The notes: generated by a model from the sequence alone, not told the origin. A DNA stretch of 64,000 bases from an uncultured delta proteobacterium (GCA_963727445.1 CAVSGI010000010.1:1-64000); one strand, 5' to 3'; counted from the stretch's first letter, positions 19,079 through 29,078 are shown. Program-made: numbers and translations.

Positions 19079-19884
19079 TGCTGGGCCGCGGGCTGGCAGG
19101 TGCCCGCGGTGCAGACCAGCGCCTGATGGCACGGCGTCTGGGGATCGCAGGGCTGGCCGATGGCGGACTGCGGCACCTGCGCCGGATAGCCGTTGGGGTC
19201 GGTGACCACCACCATGACCTCGTCGTTCGCCGGCTGCTCGGCGACCACCACCGTCTGCTGCTGTTGCTGTTGCACCTGCTGGGGCGGCGGCAGGGTCTGC
19301 GCTGCCGCGATCACCGCGGGCTCGGCCGGGTTGCCCGTCACCTGAGACACCAGGTCGCCGTTGAAGTGCACCTGCAGCTCGCCCCGCTGTCCCAGATAGG
19401 TCCAAGGGGTCTGGTCGAGGCTCGGCGTCTTGTTGTCCGGCGGGTATCCGAGAGCGAAGACGATCCCCTGCTTGCTCATCCCGGGGTAGGGCTGGGCGGT
19501 GCGGATGCCCTGCTGGTCGATCGCCGACATGGTGCTGATGTCCGGACAGGGCGAAGCGAAGGTGCGGTTCAGGTGCGTCAGGAGCGGCACCCGCGACGAG
19601 CGGTGGATCGTGTAGCGATAGCGCTGCCCCATCGCGTCGAAGACGATGCGCCGCCCCCGCGCCTGCACCAGCTGCACCGGCGTGCACATGGGGAGCAGGG
19701 TCTCGTAACGAAATTCGTTGGCCGAGGTGATGTTCCGGCCGTGAGCCCGCAGGTTGTATTGAAGGTAATACGTCTGCTGGGTGTCCACGGCGATTCGCGC
19801 TCCGCCGCAGCTCGACAGGGCGAGCAGACAGAGGGCGAGGGCGAGCGGGCGAAGGATCGTCGGCATCGCGGGAATTTGTTTCAC
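19075..19884 (-). CDS. Lipoprotein with BamE/SmpA-like domain and Cys-rich tail
   Basis: Lipobox LSSC; GMSKQGIVFALGYPP...WTY...VHFNGDLVSQV. The true start may be the Met codon at 19866. Confidence 0.65.
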   Translation of the reverse strand: MKQIPAMPTILRPLALALCLLALSSCGGARIAVDTQQTYYLQYNLRAHGRNITSANEFRYETLLPMCTPVQLVQARGRRIVFDAMGQRYRYTIHRSSRVPLLTHLNRTFASPCPDISTMSAIDQQGIRTAQPYPGMSKQGIVFALGYPPDNKTPSLDQTPWTYLGQRGELQVHFNGDLVSQVTGNPAEPAVIAAAQTLPPPQQVQQQQQQTVVVAEQPANDEVMVVVTDPNGYPAQVPQSAIGQPCDPQTPCHQALVCTAGTCQPAAQQ

Positions 19885-19934
19885 GGCGTCACGGAGCCCG
19901 TCAAGGCAGGCCGCCTCCGGGATATGATGCCCGG

Positions 19935-20294
19935 ATGGCAGAAACGCTGACGCGTGGGGAGATGGTCGTTCTCGCTGCGGCGCTTCGAGAGATGATCCGC
20001 ATCGACGGTGACGTATCGGAAGCGGAGCTCGAGAGCGCCGTGGCGGTCGCCGACCGTCTCGGTCTTTCGACCCAGGAGTGGGACAGCATCTGGAGTCAGG
20101 GGGTCAGGCAGCTCCCGAACGTGGACGCGGTCAAGGCCGCGGCTGGCGATCTCCATCGCGAAGAGGCGCGCGAGCTGGTCTACGAGCTGCTCCACGAGGT
20201 GGCGACCCACGACGAGATCGTCGATTGCGAGTGGGACCTGCTCGAATGGCTGGACGAGATGTGGCGCTACGTCGACACGAAGAAGGGTCGATAG
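19935..20294 (+). CDS. TerB-like (tellurite resistance) domain protein
   Basis: MIRIDGDVSEAE and VATHDEIVDCEWDLL match the duplicated TerB motif. Confidence 0.65.
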   Translation: MAETLTRGEMVVLAAALREMIRIDGDVSEAELESAVAVADRLGLSTQEWDSIWSQGVRQLPNVDAVKAAAGDLHREEARELVYELLHEVATHDEIVDCEWDLLEWLDEMWRYVDTKKGR

Positions 20295-20333
20295 CGGCGC
20301 GGCGCATCTCGTCCCACGTGTATCATCGCCACG

Positions 20334-20582
20334 ATGTCCGACGACGACAGCGCCGCTGAGCCCGAGGAGGACGAGGCGACCCGGAAGGATCGCGAGGGGG
20401 GTCGTCAGTTCGGGCGGGTGCTGATGGTCCTCGGCGCCATCGGCGTCGGCGCGGGGCTCTTCCTCGTCTCCGAGCAGTACTTGGTGGGCGGCGGCCTCGC
20501 CTTCATCGCGCTGGGCTTCGTCGTTCATCGCTGGCCAGTGAAGATCGTCCGCCTCCTCTCCGGCATGGGCGACAAGATGTGA
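20334..20582 (+). CDS. Small two-TM membrane protein
   Basis: Two hydrophobic helices; operon-like spacing with the GNAT gene. Confidence 0.6.
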   Translation: MSDDDSAAEPEEDEATRKDREGGRQFGRVLMVLGAIGVGAGLFLVSEQYLVGGGLAFIALGFVVHRWPVKIVRLLSGMGDKM

Positions 20583-20583
20583 G

Positions 20584-21078
20584 ATGGCGGTCGAGCTGAA
20601 AGACGCGCGCCCCGACGACGCCGAGCGCATCCTCGCGCTCATCGAGGCGCTGGCTCTCTACGAGAAGGAGCCCGACGCCGTGGAGGTCGACGCCGCGACG
20701 CTCCGGGCACAGCTCGCGAGCGAAGAGCCGCCGTTCGAATGCGTGCTGGCGGTCGACGGCGGTGAAGCGGTCGGCTTCGCCCTCTTCTTCTCGACCTACA
20801 GCACCTGGCGCGGTCGCCCCGGGATCTGGCTCGAGGACCTCTTCGTGATCCCCGCGCGACGCGGAGAGGGCATCGGCAAGCGGCTGCTCCGGCACCTCGC
20901 TGCGCTCGCGGTGGCGCGCGAGTGCGGGCGCCTCGAATGGTCGGTTCTCGATTGGAACGAGCCGGCGATCCGTTTCTACGAGTCGCTCGGCGCCAAACAA
21001 ATGAGCGAATGGACCACCCATCGCGTCGACGGAGACGCGTTGCGCATGCTCGGCGCGTCAGAGGAAGACGAGCGCTAG
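20584..21078 (+). CDS. GNAT acetyltransferase (spermidine/spermine N-acetyltransferase-like)
   Basis: YSTWRGRPGIWLEDLFV, RRGEGIG, EWSVLDWNEPAIRFYESLGA. Confidence 0.92.
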   Translation: MAVELKDARPDDAERILALIEALALYEKEPDAVEVDAATLRAQLASEEPPFECVLAVDGGEAVGFALFFSTYSTWRGRPGIWLEDLFVIPARRGEGIGKRLLRHLAALAVARECGRLEWSVLDWNEPAIRFYESLGAKQMSEWTTHRVDGDALRMLGASEEDER

Positions 21079-21091
21079 CCCTGGCCCGATC

Positions 21092-21700
21092 TCAGCGCGT
21101 GATGCGCAGGCGATATCGCTGGCAGTCGCCGGCGCCTTCGGGGCGATAGACGCGGAACACCACGTTCTCGGGCCAATCGATGTCCCGAGTGGTCCACTGC
21201 ATGTCGCCCTCCATCGACTGGTCGTCGATGAAGCTCCAATCCGCGACGCCGAGCGCATCCATTCCGTCTCCACAGACGAGGGGCGCATCGCAGGAGCTCT
21301 TGATCTCGAAACGGAACGCGTCGCCTTCGTTCACCTCGAACGCGATGGCGGGCATGCCGCCACCTGGGACGTTCATGTCCGGGTTCGCGGGAAAGTCCAC
21401 GCGATACCAGTCCTCGTCACCATCGGCGGGGAGCAGGCCCGGTGGCGGGCTCACCACGTCACCCTCCATCACGACACCGAGATCGCTCGCGGCCTCGCAG
21501 GCGTCGGCGTAGTCGTCGTCATCGCACGCGGGCGGCGGTGGCCCGGTGTCCGGAGGCGGCGGATCGGGTGGGGCCACGTCCATGGGCATGCTGCTGTCCA
21601 CCGGTGGCGTTCCCGTGTCAGCGTCGGGCGGCACGTCGCTTCCCGCGCATCCAGCGCCGACGAGCGCGACGAGCAGTCCACACATCCCCGCCGATCGCAT
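21092..21700 (-). CDS. Hypothetical lipoprotein
   Basis: Lipobox GAGC, Pro-rich linker, GDEDWYRV beta-domain motif. Confidence 0.65.
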   Translation of the reverse strand: MRSAGMCGLLVALVGAGCAGSDVPPDADTGTPPVDSSMPMDVAPPDPPPPDTGPPPPACDDDDYADACEAASDLGVVMEGDVVSPPPGLLPADGDEDWYRVDFPANPDMNVPGGGMPAIAFEVNEGDAFRFEIKSSCDAPLVCGDGMDALGVADWSFIDDQSMEGDMQWTTRDIDWPENVVFRVYRPEGAGDCQRYRLRITR

Positions 21701-21830
21701 GGACTCATGGTACCACCGAGGGCGCGCTCAGGCCCATTGTCCCTGTGATTTCGGGCCGGAGCTGGGACCGTGGCCCAATCGGCGGGCTCCTGGGTGCCCT
21801 CCGAGGCGTTTTCGTTGTAAGCCACCCCCC

Positions 21831-22889
21831 GTGATTCGCACCAAGATTCTCGGCCTCGGTTCCTACGTCCCCGATCGCATCGTGAAGAACGAGGAGATCC
21901 CGTTCCTCGATCAGCAGCACGTCCGTCAGCCAGAGAAGCGGACGGAAACCAACGACGAGTGGATCCGTGCGCGCACGGGCATCGAGGAGCGTCGCTACGT
22001 GCCCAACGACGGCACCTGGGCCTGCAGCGATCTCGCCAAGATCGCGGCCGAGCGAGCGCTCGAGGATGCGGGTCTGACGGCGAAGGACATCGACTGCATC
22101 ATCCTGGGGACGCTCTCGCCGGACATCCACTTCCCGGGCACCGCGGTGTTCCTCCAGAGCAAGCTGGGCATCGACGGCGAAGAGGGCTGCGCCTGCTTCG
22201 ACATCCGCCAGCAGTGCAGCGCGTTCCTCTATGGGATGCAGATGGCCGACGCCTTCGTCCGCACCGGGACGTACCAGCGCGTGCTCCTGGTCGGTTCGGA
22301 GATCCACAGCCACGCCCTAGAGTTCTCGACGCGCGGCCGTGACGTGATGGTGCTCTTCGGCGACGGAGCGGGCGCGGTGATCCTCGGTCCGGAGGAGAGC
22401 GAGGACGAAAAGTCCGGCGTCATCTACACCGACGTCCAGGCCGACGGCTCCGGCGCGATGGACCTCTACATGAAGGTCTTCGAGATCGCGCACCTCCCCT
22501 TCGTCTGGTACGACGCAACCGACACCGAGCAGAACGAGGTCATGTGGCCGCAGATGAACGGCAAGAAGGTCTTCCTTCACGCGGTTCGATGCATGGTGAT
22601 GGCCACCAATCGCGCGCTCGAAAAGACCGGGATGACCTGGGACGACATCGACTGGTTCGTGCCGCATCAGGCCAATCTCCGCATCAACGAAGCGGTGGCG
22701 CAGTACGCCGAAATCCCCACGGAGAAGGTGCTCAACAGCATCATGTGGTACGGCAACACCACCGCCGCGACCGTGCCCCTCACCATCGACCACTACCGTC
22801 GCGAGGGGAAGATCAAGAAGGGCGACGTGATCCTCTCGTCGGTCTTCGGCGCCGGCTTCACCTGGGGCGCGGGCATCTTCCAGCTCTGA
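21831..22889 (+). CDS. fabH: 3-oxoacyl-ACP synthase III
   Basis: WIRARTGIEERR, catalytic Cys (QQCSAF), LFGDGAGA, PHQAN, GNTTAA, FGAGFTWG. Confidence 0.93.
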   Translation: MIRTKILGLGSYVPDRIVKNEEIPFLDQQHVRQPEKRTETNDEWIRARTGIEERRYVPNDGTWACSDLAKIAAERALEDAGLTAKDIDCIILGTLSPDIHFPGTAVFLQSKLGIDGEEGCACFDIRQQCSAFLYGMQMADAFVRTGTYQRVLLVGSEIHSHALEFSTRGRDVMVLFGDGAGAVILGPEESEDEKSGVIYTDVQADGSGAMDLYMKVFEIAHLPFVWYDATDTEQNEVMWPQMNGKKVFLHAVRCMVMATNRALEKTGMTWDDIDWFVPHQANLRINEAVAQYAEIPTEKVLNSIMWYGNTTAATVPLTIDHYRREGKIKKGDVILSSVFGAGFTWGAGIFQL

Positions 22890-22976
22890 ATTTAGCGGTA
22901 GCCCTCTGTTCTGTCCGAATTCGGTGACCGGCGCGTAGCAGCACGTTTCGCGGTGCGATGCGCTAACATCGCCGCC

Positions 22977-24671
22977 ATGCGAAAGCTCTCGATCTCAGTG
23001 TCGATCCTCGCCGCTTCGCTCGGGGTGGCATGCAGTGATCCACCCTGTCCGACGGGGACGATGCGAACCGCCGAAGGTCGATGTCTCGCAGCCTCTGACG
23101 CAGGGGATGGCGGCGCGATGGATGCGGACGCCGCCGACGGCAGCGACGCGAGCGACGCCAGCGACGCCAGCGATGCGAGTGACGCGGCGGACGCGAATGA
23201 CGGCGATGCGGGCTGCGTGCCCACGGGCACGACCGACGAGCCGGACTCGGAGCACGTCGACGCCAACTGCGATGGTATCGACGGCGAGCTCGACGCGTCC
23301 GTCTTCGTCGCCACCACCGGCGACGACGGAAACGAAGGCACTTCGCCGGACGCGCCCGTCGCCACCATCACGCGCGGGCTCGAGGTCGCTGCGACGCTCG
23401 GGCGGCGTGATGTCCTGGTGGCGGTCGGTGACTACGACGAGGCGATCACCTTGAGCGATGGCGTCTCGGTCCACGGCGGTTACGACGCCACCGACGGTTG
23501 GCAGCGCACGGACATGCACGTGCGGCTGGCGGCGGCGGGCCCGGTGATCGCTGGTTCCATGATCGACGGCGTGCGCGTGAGCGCCCTCGACGTACTGGCC
23601 GACGACGAGGGCGACGGGGCGTCGAGCATCGCGGTGCGCCTCCTGGACGCGACCAACGTCAGCCTCGAGCAGATGATCGTGCGGGCTGGGAGCGCCGGAA
23701 ATGGTGGTGTCGGTGCGTCGGCAACGGCGACCGCCACCGACGGCCAGATGGGGGGCGTCGGCGGCCGCAGCGCGCTGCCGGGGAGCAGCTGCACTTTCAG
23801 CCCCTACACGCCGGCCGCTGGCTCGCCAGGGTCGGCTCGCTGCGGTTGCGGTCGTGGCGGCAGCGGTGGCACCTCGCGCACCGCGCTCACGGAGCCACCT
23901 ACGAACGGGGAGATGGGCGCGAGCTGCGGCGCGGCTGGGGGAGGGACGGGCGCCACCAGCCGGGACACCGAGTCCACCACTGGTGTCAACGGCGGGCCGG
24001 GCACGGTGGGCGCGGACGGAAGCGACGGAGCGGCCGGGGACGCCGTCGGCGTCTTCGATGTCAGCGCGGGAACCTACACGCCGGCGTCAGGCGGCCTCGG
24101 CGGCAACGGCCAGCCGGGCGGCGGCGGCGGCGGCGGCGGCGCGGGCGGCTATTGCGTCACGACCTCCTCGCCCACCGGTTGCATCGTGCGCGGAGGCTCG
24201 GGCGGCGGCGGCGGCTCCGGCGGATGCGGTGGCGCGCGCGGCAACGGCGGCGGCGGGGGCGGGGCGAGCGTGGCGCTCCTCGCGGCGCGCAGCACCTTCA
24301 CGATGATGGACATGATGCTGATCGCCGCGCGCGGAGGCAACGGCGGCCGCGGCGGCGATGGGAATCCCGGCGGCGGCGGCGGACCGGGTGGGTCGGGCGG
24401 CGCCTCGCGGACGGCGGGCAGCTGTTCCAGCGGGATGGGCGGAGACGGGGGGCACGGCGGAGACGGGGGACCCGGCGGCGCTGGCGGCGGCGGCGGTGGT
24501 GGCCCGAGCTTCGGCCTCGTCCTCCTCGACGGCAGCAGCGTCGATTCGAGCGCGTCCTACACGGCGATGGCAGGCACGGGCGGCAACGGTGGCATCGCCG
24601 GCGACAACGGCGACGGGGTGGCTGGGAACGCGGGCGCGGAAGGGATGGCCGCCGACACCTACGCGCCGTGA
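22977..24671 (+). CDS. Gly-rich PE-PGRS-like lipoprotein with DUF1565-like/beta-helix region
   Basis: Lipobox GVAC, DAS repeats, DANCDGIDG, GDDGNEGTSPDAPVATI, long GGxGG tracts with paired Cys. Confidence 0.75.
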   Translation: MRKLSISVSILAASLGVACSDPPCPTGTMRTAEGRCLAASDAGDGGAMDADAADGSDASDASDASDASDAADANDGDAGCVPTGTTDEPDSEHVDANCDGIDGELDASVFVATTGDDGNEGTSPDAPVATITRGLEVAATLGRRDVLVAVGDYDEAITLSDGVSVHGGYDATDGWQRTDMHVRLAAAGPVIAGSMIDGVRVSALDVLADDEGDGASSIAVRLLDATNVSLEQMIVRAGSAGNGGVGASATATATDGQMGGVGGRSALPGSSCTFSPYTPAAGSPGSARCGCGRGGSGGTSRTALTEPPTNGEMGASCGAAGGGTGATSRDTESTTGVNGGPGTVGADGSDGAAGDAVGVFDVSAGTYTPASGGLGGNGQPGGGGGGGGAGGYCVTTSSPTGCIVRGGSGGGGGSGGCGGARGNGGGGGGASVALLAARSTFTMMDMMLIAARGGNGGRGGDGNPGGGGGPGGSGGASRTAGSCSSGMGGDGGHGGDGGPGGAGGGGGGGPSFGLVLLDGSSVDSSASYTAMAGTGGNGGIAGDNGDGVAGNAGAEGMAADTYAP

Positions 24672-25849
24672 GCGGCGACCCGCCCACCGACCTGACCTAC
24701 CCGCGCGCCGGCTCGACGACGATCAAGTCGCTCGTGCCGCGGATCATGACGGGGTTGGTCCGGCGTTACCGAGCCCTGCCTCCGCGTTTGGAGGGCACCG
24801 CGCGGGAGGCGGCGCACCTCGCGACGGCAGAACTGAGGGGCGCCGGCGCGGCCAGCCTCGGCGCGGCCTTGATGGCGCCCACTTGCTCCGCACTGCTGCC
24901 TGGTGCCGAGCGGGGTGATGCCGGGCTCTCGGCAGCGCTCGATCTCCTGGTGCTGGTCGAGCTCGCGACGGAGTCGGTGCTCAGCGCCCCCGTTCGGGTG
25001 CCACGGCCGGCGGGGGGATGGCCACGGCTTCCTTCGATCACCAGCGGCGTGGCCTTCGACCTCGCCGACGACGTCGCGTGGATCGAGCTGGGTCACGGCG
25101 AGCTTCGGACGTCGGGCGGTGAGAGCACCGAGCTGACCACGCCTCGGAGCGTCGCCGGTCTGTCGGTCTCGAGGGCTTACGTGCCCATCACCGACGACGT
25201 CTCGCTCGCGCTCACCGACAACAACCCGCGCACCTCCGTGAAGCTGCATCCCGAGCGGGACGACAACTCCCTGGACCTCGGAGGCCACGAGGTCGGCGAG
25301 TGGGTCGCGCAGCTCCGCGAGGCCTTCGCCATCGTCGCCGCGCACCTGCCCGCGCTCTACGAAGAGATGCGCTGGCTGCTGCGGATCGTCGTCCCGGTGG
25401 GATTCCACGAAGAACGCCATTCGAGCTGCAGCTACGAGGCCGCCATCGGCGCCATGTACCTCACGCTTCACCCCCGCCCGATCAAGCTCGCGGAGGCCAT
25501 CGTCCACGAGTATCAGCACAACAAGCTGCATGCGGTGATGCGCCTCGATCCGCTGCTCCGCAACGGGCGAAGGGGAACGCACCTCTCACCTTTGCGGCCG
25601 GACGCGCGCCCGCTCGACGGCGTGCTCCTGGCGGTGCATGCCTTTCTGCCGGTGGCGCGCATGTATCGGTCGATCACCGCCGCGGGGGATCCACTCGTCC
25701 TGAGCCACGATTGGGCCAAGACCTGTGCCGCGGCCGAAGCGATCCATCGCGACGGCTTCGAGACGCTGCGTGCACACGCGCGTCCGACGAAGCTGGGGGA
25801 CGCGCTGCTCCTCGAGATGGAGCGGCTCTCGGCGGCGGCGAGCGGCTGA
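24668..25849 (+). CDS. HEXXH-motif (aKG-HExxH) domain protein
   Basis: SCS...GAMY, AEAIVHEYQHNKLH, SPLRPDARPLDGVLLAVHAF; GTGA overlap with the upstream gene. Confidence 0.85.
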   Translation: MSGDPPTDLTYPRAGSTTIKSLVPRIMTGLVRRYRALPPRLEGTAREAAHLATAELRGAGAASLGAALMAPTCSALLPGAERGDAGLSAALDLLVLVELATESVLSAPVRVPRPAGGWPRLPSITSGVAFDLADDVAWIELGHGELRTSGGESTELTTPRSVAGLSVSRAYVPITDDVSLALTDNNPRTSVKLHPERDDNSLDLGGHEVGEWVAQLREAFAIVAAHLPALYEEMRWLLRIVVPVGFHEERHSSCSYEAAIGAMYLTLHPRPIKLAEAIVHEYQHNKLHAVMRLDPLLRNGRRGTHLSPLRPDARPLDGVLLAVHAFLPVARMYRSITAAGDPLVLSHDWAKTCAAAEAIHRDGFETLRAHARPTKLGDALLLEMERLSAAASG

Positions 25850-25865
25850 GCGCCGGGCGGCGCGC

Positions 25866-27452
25866 TCAGGTCGGGATCGGCTCCGCAGAGGAGACTTCCG
25901 CGAGTCGGTGGACCGCGAGGAGAGCCTCGCTCGAGACCAGGGAGGAGACGGAACCGACGCGCAGCCGGTCGTCCTCACGGCGGATGTTCTTGACGAAGAA
26001 GACCTCCGCGATGCGCTGGTGGCTGCGGATGCGCCCAGCGGGATCGATCCCCGGGTCGAGCTTCAGCACCGCCGTGACGCGGTCGCCCGCGAAGCGTCGA
26101 TGGAAGTTGTCGATGTGACCGTCCTGCGGCTTGCCCTTGCGCCATCCCCCGTCGTTGAGCACGCCATGGAGCACCTTGGGAGGAACGCTCACCGCCGGCA
26201 GGTCCGCGACACCCATGCGCGGGTCGGTGGGGTCGAGAGGGTGAAGCGGCCGCGAGAGCTGGCTGAAGGGCGCCATGATCTCGAAGTCGTCGAAGATCCG
26301 CGTCCACTGCTCGCGCTCCGACGGGTAGAGCTCGACCGGGTGTGCGACGCGGATCGACTCCTTTTGTCCGAGCATCTGCTCCTCGAGGGCGCCGTTCATG
26401 GGCTCACCCGACTCGTCGAGTCGAAAGCAGCTGAGGAGCTTGCCTTTCTTGTCGTAGCGCGCCCATAGGATGCGGCTCGCGAGGAGCTTCAAGAGGGGGT
26501 GACCGGCCACGTGCTGTCGAAACTCGTCGGCGGTCCAGCTTCGCCGGTCGAGCATGGCTCGTTCGAGGCGCTTGCTCTGCACCTTGAGCAGGCGGACGAC
26601 GTCCTTCTTGATCCGCGCCCATTCCTTGCGCGCGATCGCGACCTTCTCGGGGTCGTCGTCCTTGCGCGGGCGAGGCAGGCGCGGATGACGCTGCCCCTCG
26701 GCGTCCCGCAGCTCGGGCTCGAGGTTCGCGTCGAAATGCAGCGTGAGCTGGCGAGGTCCGAAATCGAAGACGAAGGAGCCGTCCTCCGAAAGGCCTCCGG
26801 TCGGCACCGCTTCGTCGCTCAGCTCTTCGCGACCCATCCCACGCTCTTTTGCGAGCTGAGAGAAGTACCGCGCCGGCAGGTTGTTCGAGCCCTTGTAGTC
26901 GTAGCGCTGGGCGAGCCCCTGAAGGACGTTCAACGCCGTGGGCGTCCCGTGCTGCGCGAGGAGCTCGAGGCACCACTCGGCCGGATCGTACTTCCGCGCG
27001 CGCAGCCACCGGACGATGTAGGGCTCGAGCTCGTGGGCGTGATCGTCGTTGAAGACGTCGCGCAGATCCCGGAACGCCTTGCGGCCGGCGAGCGGCGCCC
27101 CGGCGCGCGCCCAGTGATCGAAAGCGCGAAAGGCCGCCGCTTCGGGGGTGTCGTCGGTCGGCAACTTCGGCGCGGCCTTCTCGGCCTCGGCCAGAGCCGC
27201 TTCGATCTCGTCGCGGGGGACCGAGAGGTCGTCCCCCAGCTGCTCGACGGTACGCGCCACCGTTCGCGGGATGCGCTGCAGCGCGCAGGGGAGGTGGAAC
27301 CAGCGGTAGCTGCCGTGACGCGAGTGATTGAAGTCGATCCGGCCGAAGCGGAGCTCGCCCTTTTCGATCTTTGCTCCGCACTCGCGACAGGCGGCCCGCC
27401 CGCTGCGGGCGTGCTCCAGGGCGTTCTTCTTCTTTTCTTTCGCCGTAGCCAC
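25866..27452 (-). CDS. PARP-type zinc finger fused to DUF4132 domain
   Basis: EHARSGRAACRECGAKIEKGELRFG...WFHLPC (C-x2-C...H-x2-C). DUF4132 hallmarks include EELSDEAVPTGGL...FDFGPR, RLERAML...W, HPLL, AHPVEL, PFSQLSR and LVSSEAL. Confidence 0.8.
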   Translation of the reverse strand: MATAKEKKKNALEHARSGRAACRECGAKIEKGELRFGRIDFNHSRHGSYRWFHLPCALQRIPRTVARTVEQLGDDLSVPRDEIEAALAEAEKAAPKLPTDDTPEAAAFRAFDHWARAGAPLAGRKAFRDLRDVFNDDHAHELEPYIVRWLRARKYDPAEWCLELLAQHGTPTALNVLQGLAQRYDYKGSNNLPARYFSQLAKERGMGREELSDEAVPTGGLSEDGSFVFDFGPRQLTLHFDANLEPELRDAEGQRHPRLPRPRKDDDPEKVAIARKEWARIKKDVVRLLKVQSKRLERAMLDRRSWTADEFRQHVAGHPLLKLLASRILWARYDKKGKLLSCFRLDESGEPMNGALEEQMLGQKESIRVAHPVELYPSEREQWTRIFDDFEIMAPFSQLSRPLHPLDPTDPRMGVADLPAVSVPPKVLHGVLNDGGWRKGKPQDGHIDNFHRRFAGDRVTAVLKLDPGIDPAGRIRSHQRIAEVFFVKNIRREDDRLRVGSVSSLVSSEALLAVHRLAEVSSAEPIPT

Positions 27453-27542
27453 GCTCACACCCCTCATACGTCTCGCGCGGCCCATTTTTCCCCGAGGAGA
27501 GGGCGAGTGTCACGTGCCCGCGACACTCGCCCGACCCGGGGC

Positions 27543-29063
27543 TCACTCGGCGGCGGGGAGCACCTCCATTTCCTCCGCCTCCACCTCGATTTCTTCGGCA
27601 TTGGCGACGGTCGCGGGCGTCGCGACGCGGGCCAGGAGCGAAGCGAGGTCGATGCCGCTCAGCCCTTCGACGACGGCGGGGACCTGCGCCATCACCTTCG
27701 CCACCGAGCCCGTGACCTTCTCGACGCCGGTGCTCCCCGACTCGCCGCCGACCAGCACGATCCGGTCGACCTTCGCCAGAGGCGAAGCGACGGCGCTGGC
27801 GATCTCGGGGAGCCGCTCGATGAGGAGCTGGCCGAGGGCGGCGTCGCCGTAGTGTTGCCACGCTTCGGCCTTCTCGCGCATGCCCTCCGCCTCGGCGTGG
27901 AGCTTCGCCGACAGACCCTCCGCCTCGGCGAGGGCCATGGCCCGTGCGGTTTCCGCCTCGGCGACGCCGCGCTGACGGATCACCTCGGCCTCGGCGAGAC
28001 CCTGGACGCGCGCGGCCTCGGCCTCGGCTTCCGCCAGGGCGCGTCGCTCGGCGCGATGGGCTTCGGCGAGGGTCTCGATGCGGCGCCGCTCGGCCTCGGC
28101 GGGCTTGCCGACCTCGAGCGCCAGCTCCCTCTCGCGGCGCTCGATCTCGAGCTCACGGAGCGCGAGCTGCTCCTGCATCACGCGGCGCTTTTCCCGCGCG
28201 GCCGAGAGCTCGTACGCGAGATCGCTCGTCGCCTTGGCTTCCGCGACGCGCGAGCCGAGCGCGTGCAGCCTGCAATCCTTCTCGGCGGTCGCGTCGGCCA
28301 CGGCCACCTCGCTCGCGATCTGAGCGAGCTTCGCTTCGCGTTGGGCGACGGCCGAGGACACCTGGGCCTCCCGCTGGGCGTTCGCGCGGCCCATCGTCGA
28401 CTCCTTGGTCGCCAGCGCCTCACCGATCTCGGCGTTCTTCTGTACCTCCGCGAGCTGCGGCCGACCGAGGGCCTGCAGGAAACCGGAAGGGTCGCGAACC
28501 TCGCGAATGGTGAAGCTCACCACCTGGATGCCCATGTTGGCGAGGTCTGCGGCGGTCAGGCGCTGCACCTGCTGCGCGAAGGCCTCGGGGCTCGCGTGGA
28601 TCTCTTCGAAGGGCATGGTGCTGATCACCGCACGCAGGTGGCCCTGCATCATCTGGTGGGCGATGTCGTTCATCTCGGCTTCGGTTTTCGACAGGAACAT
28701 CTCGGCGGCGGTGGCGAGCGCCCCGAGGTCGTCGCTGCGCACTTTGATCTGCGCGATGCCGTCCACCACGATGGGGACGCCGAATTTGGTGAAGAACTCG
28801 GGGGTGCGGATCTCGAGGGTCATGAGCTCGACGCTCATCACGTCGACGCGCTCCTTGAAGGGAACGACCAACGTGCCGCCGCCGTGATAGATGCGGAACG
28901 ACTTGTCGTGGGCCTCTCCCGTGGCGGGATCGACGTATCGACCGTTGCGGCCGGACACGATCAGCACCTCGTTCGGACCTACCTTCCGGTAGCAGGACAC
29001 TGCGAGCGCGGCCGCGGCGAAGAGACCGCCTCCGGCCAATGCGAGGATGATGAGAACAGACAT
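27543..29063 (-). CDS. Flotillin (SPFH/Band-7) family protein
   Basis: N-terminal TM, YRKVGPNEVLIVSG, GHLRAVIS, DLANMGIQVVSFTIREV, AEA coiled-coil repeats, LPEIASAVASPLAKVDRI. Confidence 0.93.
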   Translation of the reverse strand: MSVLIILALAGGGLFAAAALAVSCYRKVGPNEVLIVSGRNGRYVDPATGEAHDKSFRIYHGGGTLVVPFKERVDVMSVELMTLEIRTPEFFTKFGVPIVVDGIAQIKVRSDDLGALATAAEMFLSKTEAEMNDIAHQMMQGHLRAVISTMPFEEIHASPEAFAQQVQRLTAADLANMGIQVVSFTIREVRDPSGFLQALGRPQLAEVQKNAEIGEALATKESTMGRANAQREAQVSSAVAQREAKLAQIASEVAVADATAEKDCRLHALGSRVAEAKATSDLAYELSAAREKRRVMQEQLALRELEIERRERELALEVGKPAEAERRRIETLAEAHRAERRALAEAEAEAARVQGLAEAEVIRQRGVAEAETARAMALAEAEGLSAKLHAEAEGMREKAEAWQHYGDAALGQLLIERLPEIASAVASPLAKVDRIVLVGGESGSTGVEKVTGSVAKVMAQVPAVVEGLSGIDLASLLARVATPATVANAEEIEVEAEEMEVLPAAE

Positions 29064-29078
29064 CTCCCTCTCCTTTCT

